A stretch of DNA of 64,000 nt, from assembly GCA_964016885.1 (NCBI GenBank), contig OZ024741.1, positions 37,138,001 to 37,202,000 on the forward strand, written 5' to 3'. The notes under the pieces are model-generated. The model was not told the origin of the DNA, did not search any database, and saw only the letters and a list, made by a program, of their open reading frames with translations. The position numbers and the translations under genes are program-made. The DNA comes from Eledone cirrhosa (Eukaryota). This document shows, one piece after another, positions 13,757 to 26,573 of this stretch (position 1 is its first letter; each line of letters opens with the position of its first letter).

Positions 13757-14436
13757 CTATTCCCAGCTAAGTTTCCAGGCAATACGTGGACACAGGGAAC
13801 TTATACAAAAATAATTCAGTGGATGGAAAAAAGCAAAGCGTGGACTAAATTCCAAGCCATTGAAAAAATCACTGCCTACTGCGTCGGTGGCAAATTCAAA
13901 AGAATCAGTCTCGTGACATCGAGGTCAAACAGTGAAGAGTGGTTTGTTAAGAAGACAGCAGCTGGATTGTTACTATAGTAGCAGTTTTGGCCAATTTTTG
14001 CTCGACAAAATAATTTGGAGATAATTATAAAGAATTAATATATCTAGTAACATATATATACACAGATGCATACTTATGCTAGCAAATATATAGGTTTTGT
14101 CTTAGTAACTTTGTGGTTCAATGCATGGGGATGCAGAACAATAATATGAGAGACGTAAAATAAGAAAATTATAAAATTAACTTACTTACTAAAATTTCAC
14201 TCCAACTAATTAGTTTCTGAAAGGGAATAAACTGCTGTCTTCTTAACAAACCACTCTTCACTGATTGACCTCGATGACACGTGACTGATTCTTTTGAATT
14301 TGCCACCGACGCAGTAGGCAGTGATTTTTTCAATGGCTTGGAATTTAGTCCACGCTTTGCTTTTTTCCATCCACTGAATTATTTTTGTATAAGTTCCCTG
14401 TGTCCACGTATTGCCTGGAAACTTAGCTGAGAATAG

Positions 14437-14518
14437 ACTTCCCTGATGACGAAAGGCTTCTCCGTACGTTTCTTCGAAAACTATGTTTATTCCCTTTCAG
14501 AAACTAATTAGTTGGAGT
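14437..14518 (+). ncRNA. type I hammerhead ribozyme with extended stem II (inverted copy)
   Basis: CTGATGA 14443-14449; stem II GAAAGG(14451-56)/CCTTTC(14493-98); GAAA 14500-03; palindromic stem III AACTAATTAGTT; stem I ACT(T)CC/GGAGT. Confidence 0.65.
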
Positions 14519-14563
14519 GAAATTTTAGTAAGTAAGTTAATTTTATAATTTTCTTACTTTACG

Positions 14564-14640
<77 letters not shown>

Positions 14641-14644
<4 letters not shown>

Positions 14645-14952
14645 GTAGGACAGAACAAAGGAGAGGAACAAAAACAAAGAAAAGAATCCCCAGTCACTGA
14701 AGAGGTCACAGAATGTGTGACGAAAGAACTTTGATAATATATAAACAACCATCTGGTTGTGGAACCAACCAACCAACCAACCGGAAATGTATAAATTCCT
14801 AAATTTATTATAATAAATTGAAGTGAAAGCAACTGGTACGTGTGTTTCTTATTGGCAACATGACCCTCCCAAAGTATAACAATACCGGTTTCAACACACG
14901 CTTTCAGATAAAGAATCTTGCTAAACAGATTTCAACACATTTTCAAAATATC

Positions 14953-14953
<1 letters not shown>
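14641..14953 (+). mobile_element. solo Penelope-like pLTR fragment between (TA)n tracts (same family as 19010-20260)
   Basis: Reverse-complement match to 19010-19263 and direct match to 20108-20250; contains a hammerhead and the likely ORF start [24 protein letters not shown] at 14860. Confidence 0.75.
14692..14736 (+). ncRNA. minimal type I hammerhead ribozyme (slightly mutated copy)
   Basis: AGTCA-CTGAAGA-G-GTCACA gaatg TGTGAC-GAAA-GAAC-TT^TGATA. Confidence 0.65.
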
Positions 14954-15748
<795 letters not shown>

Positions 15749-15751
<3 letters not shown>

Positions 15752-16273
15752 GGAGTTGCGACCGATAGATAGTATTAGCAATTGGAAAGATCAATGGAAA
15801 CATTGTTTCCTCGGTCTGATTTGACGAAAGTCGATCGACTGTCGATTGGTAAAAGGAAAAGAAAATGCTGACAAATTGTTCCCAGTGAAAAATAGTTTAA
15901 TTAGGAATAAGTAAAAGTTAGTAATAAGTATTGGTTAGTATTCAGTTTTGGTTTTAAGGTTTTACCGGTTGCGCATTTCTAATGCTTTTCAAAAATAATA
16001 TTGAGATAGAGCGCCCGTGAGTGATGTTTGCTCTAATCTGATCAGTTTGGGAAATTCTACCTGTTTTATGTGAAAAAAGTGGCTCCAGAGGTATTAAAAT
16101 AACTTTCGCGCCAATTCGTGTTGCAAAAATTCTTGTGGTCAAAACAATTTTGATTGGTCGGTAGAGGTCACGTGAATGTTTAAAATTGATTTTGCGCCAA
16201 ATGTAGGTTTGTTGAAGAGTGTCTTTTTTCGCCTGATTGAGAAGTCACTGAAAAATAAGTCTTTTAAGACAAT

Positions 16274-16320
<47 letters not shown>

Positions 16321-16416
16321 TAAAGAGGTTCATTATTGTGATAATGGTCAGTAGGGATGTGTGCGTGAATTGCAGTCATGTTGACAGGTCAACAGTTCAG
16401 GTGCCTATTAAGACAA

Positions 16417-16454
<38 letters not shown>

Positions 16455-16562
16455 CAGAGTAATTCGTGGTAGAGGGATCGGTCAGTAGGAATGTGTCTGT
16501 ACGTGTGTGGGGGATATTTTAACATGTTAAAAGATATTTTTCAGCTCTTGTCTTATACGGAG

Positions 16563-16639
<77 letters not shown>

Positions 16640-18725
16640 TTTGTATGTTAGTGTACGCGTGTGTATGTGTGTGTGTGTGTGGGTGGACCAGTATTTTTGT
16701 GATACTGGTAAAAATGGTGTACATTATTCGATATTTTCAGCAAAAACGATTCTCTCAAGAGAACATCAAAAACATTAATAATAAAAGGTGTGAAATGATA
16801 TATAGTATTGTCATAACGCCAAGGTGTGTGAGTGTCCAGATTGTACGTACTGCAAGGGGAATCCATTAGGCCCTGCCGTATTGGAATACTTGTGTACAAA
16901 TATGTATGTGCCCATCAGTGTGCAATGCATGTGTGCGTATATGTATGTGTGTGTGTCGGCACGTTTATATCTATAGACATCAAAAGGTATGTAAATTTGT
17001 GTATATTTGTGTTGCACCATAGAACATGTGTGTTTACATATGTCATTGTGTTTATATGTGGATAGAGATGTATGTAGGATGTATGCTGATGTATGTATGC
17101 TGATGTATGTAGGATGTATGTTGACGTGTGTATGTTGTGGGTTCGTCTTAGGGAGAAGTGTTTAGACGGGGTCCGTATTTGTTAATAAAGTGAGATTCCT
17201 TGCTGATGCGCTGGGTGTGGGTGGCATTATCTTTAAATTTGTAGAGGGGAAAGATTCTGAAGTTGTGATGATTTTGGGCGACACAGGTATCAATGTGTTC
17301 ACTCAGTGGTATTTTCCTGTATTCCCGTATTTTAATTTGGGATCTATGGACAGTCATGCGTTGGCGGAGGCTGTTTTTGGTCTGGCCTATGTATTGTTCT
17401 CGACAACCTGAGCAAGTTAATACATATATTAGATTTTCTGATGCGCATGTGAAATTGTGTTTTACTATAAAACGTTGTCCTTCTTTGAAATAGAATTCCG
17501 AACCCTCTATTAGGTTGATGCATATGCCAGTTGGGTCTATCGTATTTTTTTACTGTGGGCTTCGTTGTTGTGGTTGGCAGTACTTTGGCATGTGTTAGGA
17601 TGTTTTTCATTGACTTAGATTGTCTTTTGCTCTTTATGATATCGTGTGTTGGAAGGATTTGGTTCATTCTATGGTCCTTTTTTAACACAGGGATGTTCTG
17701 GAGGATGGTGTCAAAGGCCTCATTGTTGAATGGGGTTGTGTGTGGAGATGTATGGAAGAGCTTTTAATTTCAGTTGATTTACTTTAGGGTTTCTAAGGTC
17801 CTGGGTACTGAGTTTTAGGGCACGCTGGATTCCATTGTCAATTAGTGATGCAGAGTAGTCCCTGCCTATGAGTGTGTACTTTAGTTCTTGTAGCCGTGAG
17901 TAACAGGTGTTTTTATTGGAGACTATAGTACAGATTCTCTTGGCTAAGTTGTAGGGAATATTAATTTTAACGTGTCTAGGGTGGCAAGAGTTGAAAGGAA
18001 GATATTGCTTGGAGTCTGTGGGCTTGTAGTATATGTTTGTTTCTATTTTTTTGTTATGAATCTTAATGAGGATGTCGAGGAAGGGGAGTTGTTGATGGCT
18101 GTATTCCATCGTAAAGTTAATATTCGTGTTGAGCCCATTTATAAGGGTGTGAAATTCTTTAAGTTTCTCGATGTTTTCGTGCCAAAGGATGAAGCAGTCA
18201 TCTAGATATCGCTTCCAGTTCCTTTCTATGTGTAAGTGAAGAGTGTTTCCAAATTTGTTTAGTACTTTAGTGTAGAGGGTGATTTCCAGGTATCCCATGA
18301 CTAGGTTGGCATAAGTGAGGGGTGTTTTCATTCCTATAGCGGTCCCAGATTTCTGCCTGTAGGATTTGTTATTGAAAACGAAGTAATTGTTCTCCAAGAT
18401 AAATTTGAGTCCCTCTATCACGAATTCTTTTTTGATGCGTTGTGGGAGTTCATTTGGTAATTATCCAGCCAGATTGGATAGCTTCTATTCCTAGGTTATG
18501 AGGGATGTTGGAGTATAGGTTGACTACATCGAACGTCACTAGTAGGGTTTGTTCAGAAAGGGCCATATTAGGGAGGTGGAAAAGCATTAGAAATGCGCAA
18601 CCGGTAAAAACTTAAAACCAAAACTGAATACTAACCAATACTTATTACTAATTTTTACTTATTCCTAATTAAACTATTTTTCACTGGGAACAATTTGTCC
18701 GCATTTTCTTTTCCTTTTACCAATA
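15749..18725 (-). mobile_element. 5'-truncated Penelope-like element (RT + C-terminal GIY-YIG, Neptune-like) with inverted terminal segment
   Basis: RT 17720-18421 (YRQKSGTAIG, WKRYLDDCF, LPFLD, YYKPT, SCHP); GIY-YIG frame ~17530-17148 (NLIYVLTCSGCREQYIGQT..RMTVH); 18579-18725 is an inverted copy of 15846-15990. Confidence 0.88.
17148..18570 (-). pseudogene. Penelope-type reverse transcriptase/GIY-YIG polyprotein, frameshifted
   Basis: Three reading-frame pieces carry RT motifs (TFDVVNLYSNIPH, RYLDD), the thumb region and the GIY-YIG motif. Confidence 0.85.
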
Positions 18726-18745
18726 TATCACAACTCGTGTGTTAC

Positions 18746-18951
<206 letters not shown>

Positions 18952-18980
18952 TATATATATATACATATATATATATATAT

Positions 18981-19011
<31 letters not shown>

Positions 19012-19166
19012 TGTTATACTTTGGGAGGGTCATGTTGCCAATAAGAAACACACGCACCAGTTGCTTTCACTTCAATTTAATTTAATATATATTTATAAAT
19101 TTACAAATTTATAAATTTCTGGTTGGTTGGTTGGTTCCACAACCAGATAGTTGTTTATATATATAT

Positions 19167-19211
19167 AGTCATAGTTCTTTCGTCACACACTCTGTGACCT
19201 CTTCAGTGACT
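19167..19211 (-). ncRNA. minimal type I hammerhead ribozyme in the Penelope pLTR
   Basis: Minus strand: AGTCA-CTGAAGA-G-GTCACA gagtg TGTGAC-GAAA-GAAC-TA^TGACT; perfect 5-bp stem I and 6-bp stem II. Confidence 0.8.
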
Positions 19212-19507
19212 GGGGATTTCTTTCTTCGTTTCTGTGCCTTTCCTTTCTTCTATCCTACGCCATTTTGTTTGTGTGTGGGTTGCGTGCTCAGTTTGCGCAT
19301 GCGCCACATCCGGGTGTCTGTGTGTGTTTGTGTTCATTTTTCTATTTTTCTATTTATATTTGTTTGTTTATTTATTTATTTATTGTTGGTTGGTTGTTTG
19401 TTCTATGTGTGTGTGTGTTTTCATTTTGTCTTGTGTGTGTTTTCATTTTGTGTGTGTTTTCAATTGTAAGTTGTTTATATATGTGTGTGTGTGTTTTCAT
19501 TTTGTCC

Positions 19508-20041
19508 TTAATTGTAAGTTGTGATGTTGCTGTTCCACTCATATTTTCTATTTAATTTTGGTTTTAATTCTTTTATGCTTACTGCCTCTGTAATTTGCCT
19601 AAACATTGCGTCTTTCTTGTGTGTGGATTCTATTTTTATTTCTATGCTCTCTAATTTACCCCTGTGTTCTATCTTAGCATGTTGGTAGAGCACAGATGAT
19701 TCTTTACTATCTTGGAGGTCTCGCCAGTGTTCATTTATTCGTTCCCCTATACTACGAGCTGTCTCACCTATGTACACTATATTTTTGTTTCTACATTGTC
19801 CCTCAGTACATCTTATGCTATATACTACATTTCTAGTTTTACAGTTAATATGGGGGCTTATTTTACAGGTTATACATTTCTTATCTATACATGAGGGTCT
19901 TTGGAACGGGTATGTCTTGCTAATAAGTGTTTTTACGGAGGTACCAGGTCTTTCTACTATCTTAATATTGAGATTATGTTTCTTTAGGGCCCTTCTAAAT
20001 TTGTAGGCTAGTTCACCTCTAGGGGTTGTATTGATGAACAT
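19508..20041 (-). CDS. Penelope-like GIY-YIG endonuclease C-terminal domain (5'-truncated)
   Basis: CIDKKCITC linker, NCKTRNVVYSIRC..C..VYIGETARSIGERINEH, H..EH, ITEAVSI..KPKLN. Confidence 0.85.
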   Translation of the reverse strand: MFINTTPRGELAYKFRRALKKHNLNIKIVERPGTSVKTLISKTYPFQRPSCIDKKCITCKISPHINCKTRNVVYSIRCTEGQCRNKNIVYIGETARSIGERINEHWRDLQDSKESSVLYQHAKIEHRGKLESIEIKIESTHKKDAMFRQITEAVSIKELKPKLNRKYEWNSNITTYN

Positions 20042-20259
20042 TACACTCTGGTATTTATTGCTATCATACCATGAGTTTATTCTATTGGCCTTGTTCTTAG
20101 TTCTTTCTAAATTTATAAATATATATTAAATTAAATTGAAGTGAAAGCAACTGGTGCGTGTGTTTCTTATTGGCAACATGACCCTCCCAAAGTATAACAA
20201 TATCGGTTTCAACACACGATTTCAGATAAAGAATCTTGCTAAACAAATTCAGAAACGAA

Positions 20260-20504
<245 letters not shown>

Positions 20505-20643
20505 TGTGGTTTTTCTCACATCTATTAATTAATAGATAGTGGTATATCCTAGACCCATCTCACCATCTTCCTCAGAAACAATCTTCATAGCTTCATGGAG
20601 TTCTAACAATGTTATTGGCTCTACCATAAACTGGTGGATACCA

Positions 20644-20713
<70 letters not shown>

Positions 20714-20817
20714 TAATAATATTATTTATACTTATATATGAGTTATATATAATTATAAATAAGAAAGGGTAGTATTAAGCACTACCCTATTATAATTACT
20801 TCTTTAAACAATGTGTA

Positions 20818-20864
20818 TGCTCCGATGTATCTAGACAGTTGTCTAGACGAAACGATCGTCAGTG
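20818..20864 (+). ncRNA. degenerate type I hammerhead ribozyme in a (TA)n-flanked insert (20711-20905)
   Basis: TGCT-CCGATGT-A-TCTAGAC agtt GTCTAGA-C-GAAA-CGATCG-TC^AGTG; two core mismatches versus CUGANGA; palindromic stem III ACGATCGT. Confidence 0.5.
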
Positions 20865-20905
20865 ATTAAATGTATTAAGCAAAAATTTGATTGTTTTATA
20901 TTTTG

Positions 20906-21004
<99 letters not shown>

Positions 21005-22586
21005 CAAAATATTAACAAATGAAGGATATTCACATAATGAAAATATATGCGTTATTATATATATTTCAAAGGTACTGTGTTGTTTTTTTCAGTACTTTTT
21101 GATCAGATACAATATATGATTTGATATGACATAGCGCTACGGTCTTGATTATACAATTCCAGTATTGGCAGTGATTTATTTCAGCAAATCTCAATGTTTA
21201 TATACCACAAATAATATGATAAACTTAAAGAAGAAAAGGACGTAGAGCAAATTAGAGATATGAGAGAGGGTGTAAATAAGAGGAAATGCAAGAAAATATA
21301 AATAAATGCATACATAAATACCGACATAAATAGATAAATGAATAAAAAATAAAAGGATGAATGAGTAAAAGAAATATATAAAAAAGAAAAGAGGAAAGGT
21401 GTAAGAAAAGTAAAGGGAACAGAGGGGGGGGGGGTAAAGAAAATAAAGGAAACATCAAATAGAGGTGGATAGAGAAAAAAACCGTTGTTTTCAAATGCTA
21501 GATCAAATAGGACATCTAATTATATTTATATATTATATCAAAATTAATCAGTATAGATTATTTTCTATAGCAATCACAGAGTTTAATAAAAAATTTATAT
21601 AATTTAATTTAACTCATTATAGATTATTATTTTTTATTTTAAGGTAAGATATTCTATAAATATTTTGTTACAACTTTAAAAGAATTAATCATTAAAGCGT
21701 ATTTAAATAATTATTACATATGTATTAAAATCTAATACCATACCTAAATCACCATCAATACATATAATATATTTAGATCATATATTACTCAAATTATTTA
21801 ATTATGATATTCACTTTATAAAATCTTCCCTATACTTTAATTTTCATTTAATTTCTAGGATTAAACTGCAGTTACATTTACTCACAAAAGTTAATTTCAT
21901 TAATTTACTGAAAGGTTATATTTACTTCTGTATTTACTTATTTTGATATATAGTTTCATTTTAATGATAGTCTGTATATTATTAGTCTACATATTTCCTA
22001 TCTAATATAATTCAGCAAGCTAGACAAAAGGAAGGAAATTTTACGGACAATGGAAACAAAAGGAAGATAACTCATTCACCATATACAAACATTTATAACA
22101 TATCTCTACTCACACATTCCGCGATATTTCGAAAACCATAAATCAACTATTGCAAATATCATAAAAGATATCTAGTTAACTGTCCTAATCAAAACATAGG
22201 ATAACGAGACTCTTAAGGAAATAATTCTAATACATATAAATATCAATAAATTATTACCACAATAAGGCAAAAACATATATATTAAATTATTAATTGTCAA
22301 TATTTTTTCGAAACTTGTACAATGCCTGCAAAGTTTTACCAATTTTATGGTGACAACTACTGAATAATTCGTTTTTTTTTTGTTGATTAAATTGTCATAA
22401 TTTGTAATTATCTGCAGAGTCTCGAAATTACAAAGATTGCAATTTTGCGAAATAGTTGCGTTCTGATAGGAATTGGCTTTCTTTAATTTGGTCCAAGAGA
22501 TGGAGTATTTAATATTATTGTCATTTAAAGATCATATTAATGGCGAAAGTGAAGTTGAAAATTTCTTATCTGGTTTAATAAAAGAC

Positions 22587-22654
<68 letters not shown>

Positions 22655-22868
22655 TCATGATCATCACCGTTTAATGCCCGTTCTTCCATGCTAGCATGGG
22701 TTATATATATATATATAGTGATTGTAGTGGTGGTATTGGTATTAGTGGTTGTGGTGGTGGCATTGGTGGTATTGGTATTAGTGGTTGTGGTGGTGGCAGT
22801 GGTGGTATTGGTATTAGTTATGGCGGTATTGTATGGTGGTAGTAGTAGTGATGATGATGATGATTATA

Positions 22869-22903
<35 letters not shown>

Positions 22904-23154
22904 AAAGAATCAAGGAAAATAAAAGAAGCTAACATGTGATGGTGTAATGATCAGTGGAAGAAATGATGATGAAATAATGATCCAGTGAAAGTGTTTCCGA
23001 GAAATCTAAATAACACTGGCCTAATTAGTTGAGAGGAGTGGAGGAGTGGAGGAGCGGGTAGGCGGAGGAGTGGAGTCACACTTCCTGGCAAGTGATGGGA
23101 GGTGGCGAGGAGAGTTGAAATCAAGAAAAATTGTCAATTTTCATGTCATTATAG

Positions 23155-25818
23155 TTGTGGTGGTGTGGTGTGGTGGTGTAGTGTTGTGTCGTGTGGTGGT
23201 GTGGTGGTGTGATGTGGCGTGGTGTGGCTGTGGTGTAGTGTGGTGTGGTGAGGTGTGGTGTGGTGTGGTGTGGTGTGGTGGTGTAGTGTGGTGTGGTGTG
23301 GTGTAGTGTAGTGTGGTGTAGTGTAGTGTGGTGGGGTGTGGTGTAGTGTGGTGGGGTGTGGTGTAGTGTAGTGTGGTGTAGTGTAGTGTGGTGTAGTGTA
23401 GTGTGGTGTGGTGTACTGTACTGTGGTCTGGTGTGGTGTAGTGTAGTGTGGTGCAGTGTGGTGTAGTGTGGTGTGGTGTACTGTACTGTGGTCTGGTGTG
23501 GTGTGGTGTAGTGTGGTGTAGTGTAGTGTAGTGTGGTGTAGTGTGGTGTGGTGTACTGTACTGTGGTCTGGTGTGGTGTAGTGTGGTGTAGTGTGGTGTA
23601 GTGTGGTGTGGTGTACTGTACTGTGTCTGGTGTGGTGTGGTGTAGTGTAGTGTGGTGTAGTGTGGTGTGGTGTACTGTACTGTGGTCTGGTGTGGTGTAG
23701 TGTGGTATAGTGTGGTGTAGTGTGGTGTGGTGTACTGTACTGTGGTCTGGTGTGGTGTAGTGTGGTGTACTGTACTCTGGTCTGGTGTGGTGTGGTGTAG
23801 TGTAGTGTGGTGTAGTGTGGTGTACTGTACTGTGGTCTGGTGTAGTGTGGTGTAGTGTAGTGTGGTGTAGTGTGGTGTACTGTACTGTGGTCTGGTGTGG
23901 TGTGGTGTAGTGTTGTGTGGTGTAGTGGGGTGTAGTGTGGTGTAGTGTGGTGTGGTGTACTGTACTGTGGTCTGGTGTGGTGTAGTGTGGTGTACTGTAC
24001 TCTGGTCTGGTGTGGTGTGGTGTAGTGTAGTGTGGTGTAGTGTGGTGTACTGTACTGTGGTCTGGTGTGGTGTGGTGTAGTGTAGTGTGGTGTAGTGGGG
24101 TGTAGTGTGGTGTAGTGTGGTGTGGTGTACTGTACTGTGGTCTGGTGTGGTGTGGTGTAGTGTGGTGTAGTGTGGTGTAGTGTGGTGTGGTGTACTGTAC
24201 TGTGGTCTGGTGTGGTGAGATGTAGTGTAGTGTGGTGTAGTGTGGTGTGGTGTACTGTACTGTGGTCTGGTGTAGTGTAGTGTGGTGTAGTGTGGTGTAG
24301 TGTGGTGTGGTGTACTGTAATGTGGTGTGGTGTGGTGTGGTGTGGTGTGGTGTGGTGTGGTGTAGTGTAGTGTAGTGTGGTGTAGTGTGGTGTGGTGTAC
24401 TGTACTGTGGTCTGGTGTGGTGAGGTGTGGTGTAGTGTGGTGCAGTGTGGTGCGGTGTGGTGTAGTGTGGTGTAGTGTGGTGTACTGTACTGTGGTCTGG
24501 TGTGGTGTGGTGTGGTGTAGTGTAGTGTAGTGTGGTGTAATGTGGTGTGGTGTACTGTACTGTGGTCTGGTGTGGTGAGGTGTGGTGTAGTGTGGTGCAG
24601 TGTGGTGCGGTGTGGTGTAGTGTGGTGTAGTGTGGTGTACTGTACTGTGGTCTGGTGTGGTGTGGTGTAGTGTAGTGTGGTGTAGTGTGGTGTACTGTAC
24701 TGTGGTCTGGTGTGGTGTGGTGTGGTGTAGTGTAGTGTGGTGTGCTGTACTGTACTGTGGTCTGGTGTGGTGAGGTGTAGTGTAGTGTGGTGTAGTGTGG
24801 TGTGGTGTACTGTACTGTGGTCTGGTGTAGTGTAGTGTGGTGTAGTGTGGTGTAGTGTGGTGTGGTGTACTGTACTGTGGTCTGGTGTGGTGAGATGTAG
24901 TGTAGTGTGGTGTAGTGTGGTGTGGTGTACTGTACTGTGGTCTGGTGTAGTGTAGTGTGGTGTAGTGTGGTGTAGTGTGGTGTGGTGTACTGTACTGTGG
25001 TCTGGTGTGGTGAGGTGTGGTGTAGTGTGGTGCAGTGTGGTGCGGTGTGGTGTAGTGTGGTGTAGTGTGGTGTACTGTACTGTGGTCTGGTGTGGTGTGG
25101 TGTGGTGTAGTGTAGTGTAGTGTGGTGTAATGTGGTGTGGTGTACTGTACTGTGGTCTGGTGTGGTGAGGTGTGGTGTAGTGTGGTGCAGTGTGGTGCGG
25201 TGTGGTGTAGTGTGGTGTAGTGTGGTGTACTGTACTGTGGTCTGGTGTGGTGTGGTGTAGTGTAGTGTGGTGTAGTGTGGTGTACTGTACTGTGGTCTGG
25301 TGTGGTGTGGTGTAGTGTAGTGTAGTGTGGTGTGCTGTACTGTACTGTGGTCTGGTGTGGTGAGGTGTAGTGTAGTGTGGTGTAGTGTGGTGTGGTGTAC
25401 TGTACTGTGGTCTGGTGTAGTGTAGTGTGGTGTAGTGTGGTGTGGTGTACTGTACTGTGGTCTGGTGTGGTGAGGTGTAGTGTAGTGTGGTGTAGTGTGG
25501 TGTGGTGTACTGTACTGTGGTGTGGTGTAGTATAGTGTGGTGTAGTGTGGTGTAGTGTGGTGTGGTGTACTGTACTGTGGTCTGGTGTGGTGAGGTGTAG
25601 TGTAGTGTGGTGTAGTGTGGTGTGGTGTACTGTACTGTGGTCTGGTGTGGTGAGGTGTAGTGTAGTGTGGTGTAGTGTGGTGTGGTGTACTGTACTGTGG
25701 TCTGGTGTAGTGTAGTGTGGTGTAGTGTGGTGTAGTGTGGTGTGGTGTACTGTAATGTGGTGTGGTGTGGTGTGGTGTGGTGTAGTGTAGTGTGGTGTAG
25801 TGAGGTGTGGTGTGGTGT
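23155..25818. repeat. 2.7-kb pentamer satellite (GTGTG/GTGTA) punctuated by GTACTGTACTGTGGTCTG
   Basis: Directly visible 5-bp periodicity with a recurring marker motif every ~40-70 bp. Confidence 0.95.
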
Positions 25819-26250
25819 CATCCAGCTAGTTTTGTGTTAGTTAGTGGTGGTAGGTGAGGAAGGAAGGGGGTGGTGGCCTGAGTTGATTATCGGAGGAGGG
25901 CGGAAATGGGTTATTCTCAATTTTCAGCAAACATTTTCATACCGTATGAGCCTCTTGTTTCACATTAGAGAAACATTATATAACACACACATGTACATAC
26001 ACACACATATAGATAGATAGACAGATAGATAGACAGATAGATAGAAACAGGCAGATAGATAGGCTGACAGACAGGCACAGACAGATAGATAAGGAGATAT
26101 TTTCTGAAATATTTCCTGCACATAGTTCTATGTATGTGTAAGTTGTGTAACAGAACTAACATTTCAGGAAAATTAACATAATTTCTCAGTAGATTACAGG
26201 AATTTACACTTAACTGCTGTTTCCTCTTTTTACTCCCTCATGTACACACA

Positions 26251-26345
<95 letters not shown>

Positions 26346-26422
26346 GCATACATACATATACACACGCACACAGATATATATATATATGTATGTATGTTTG
26401 TATATATATATATGCATGTATG

Positions 26423-26505
<83 letters not shown>

Positions 26506-26573
26506 CAACACAAACACACACGCACACATATATGTGTGTCTGTGTGTGTGTATATGTGTGTGTATGTACGTGT

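Noticed and set aside
23149-25821. 890-aa His/Thr-rich ORF
   Set aside because: Translation of the CACCA/CACTA pentamer satellite, which largely lacks stop codons on this strand; no gene features
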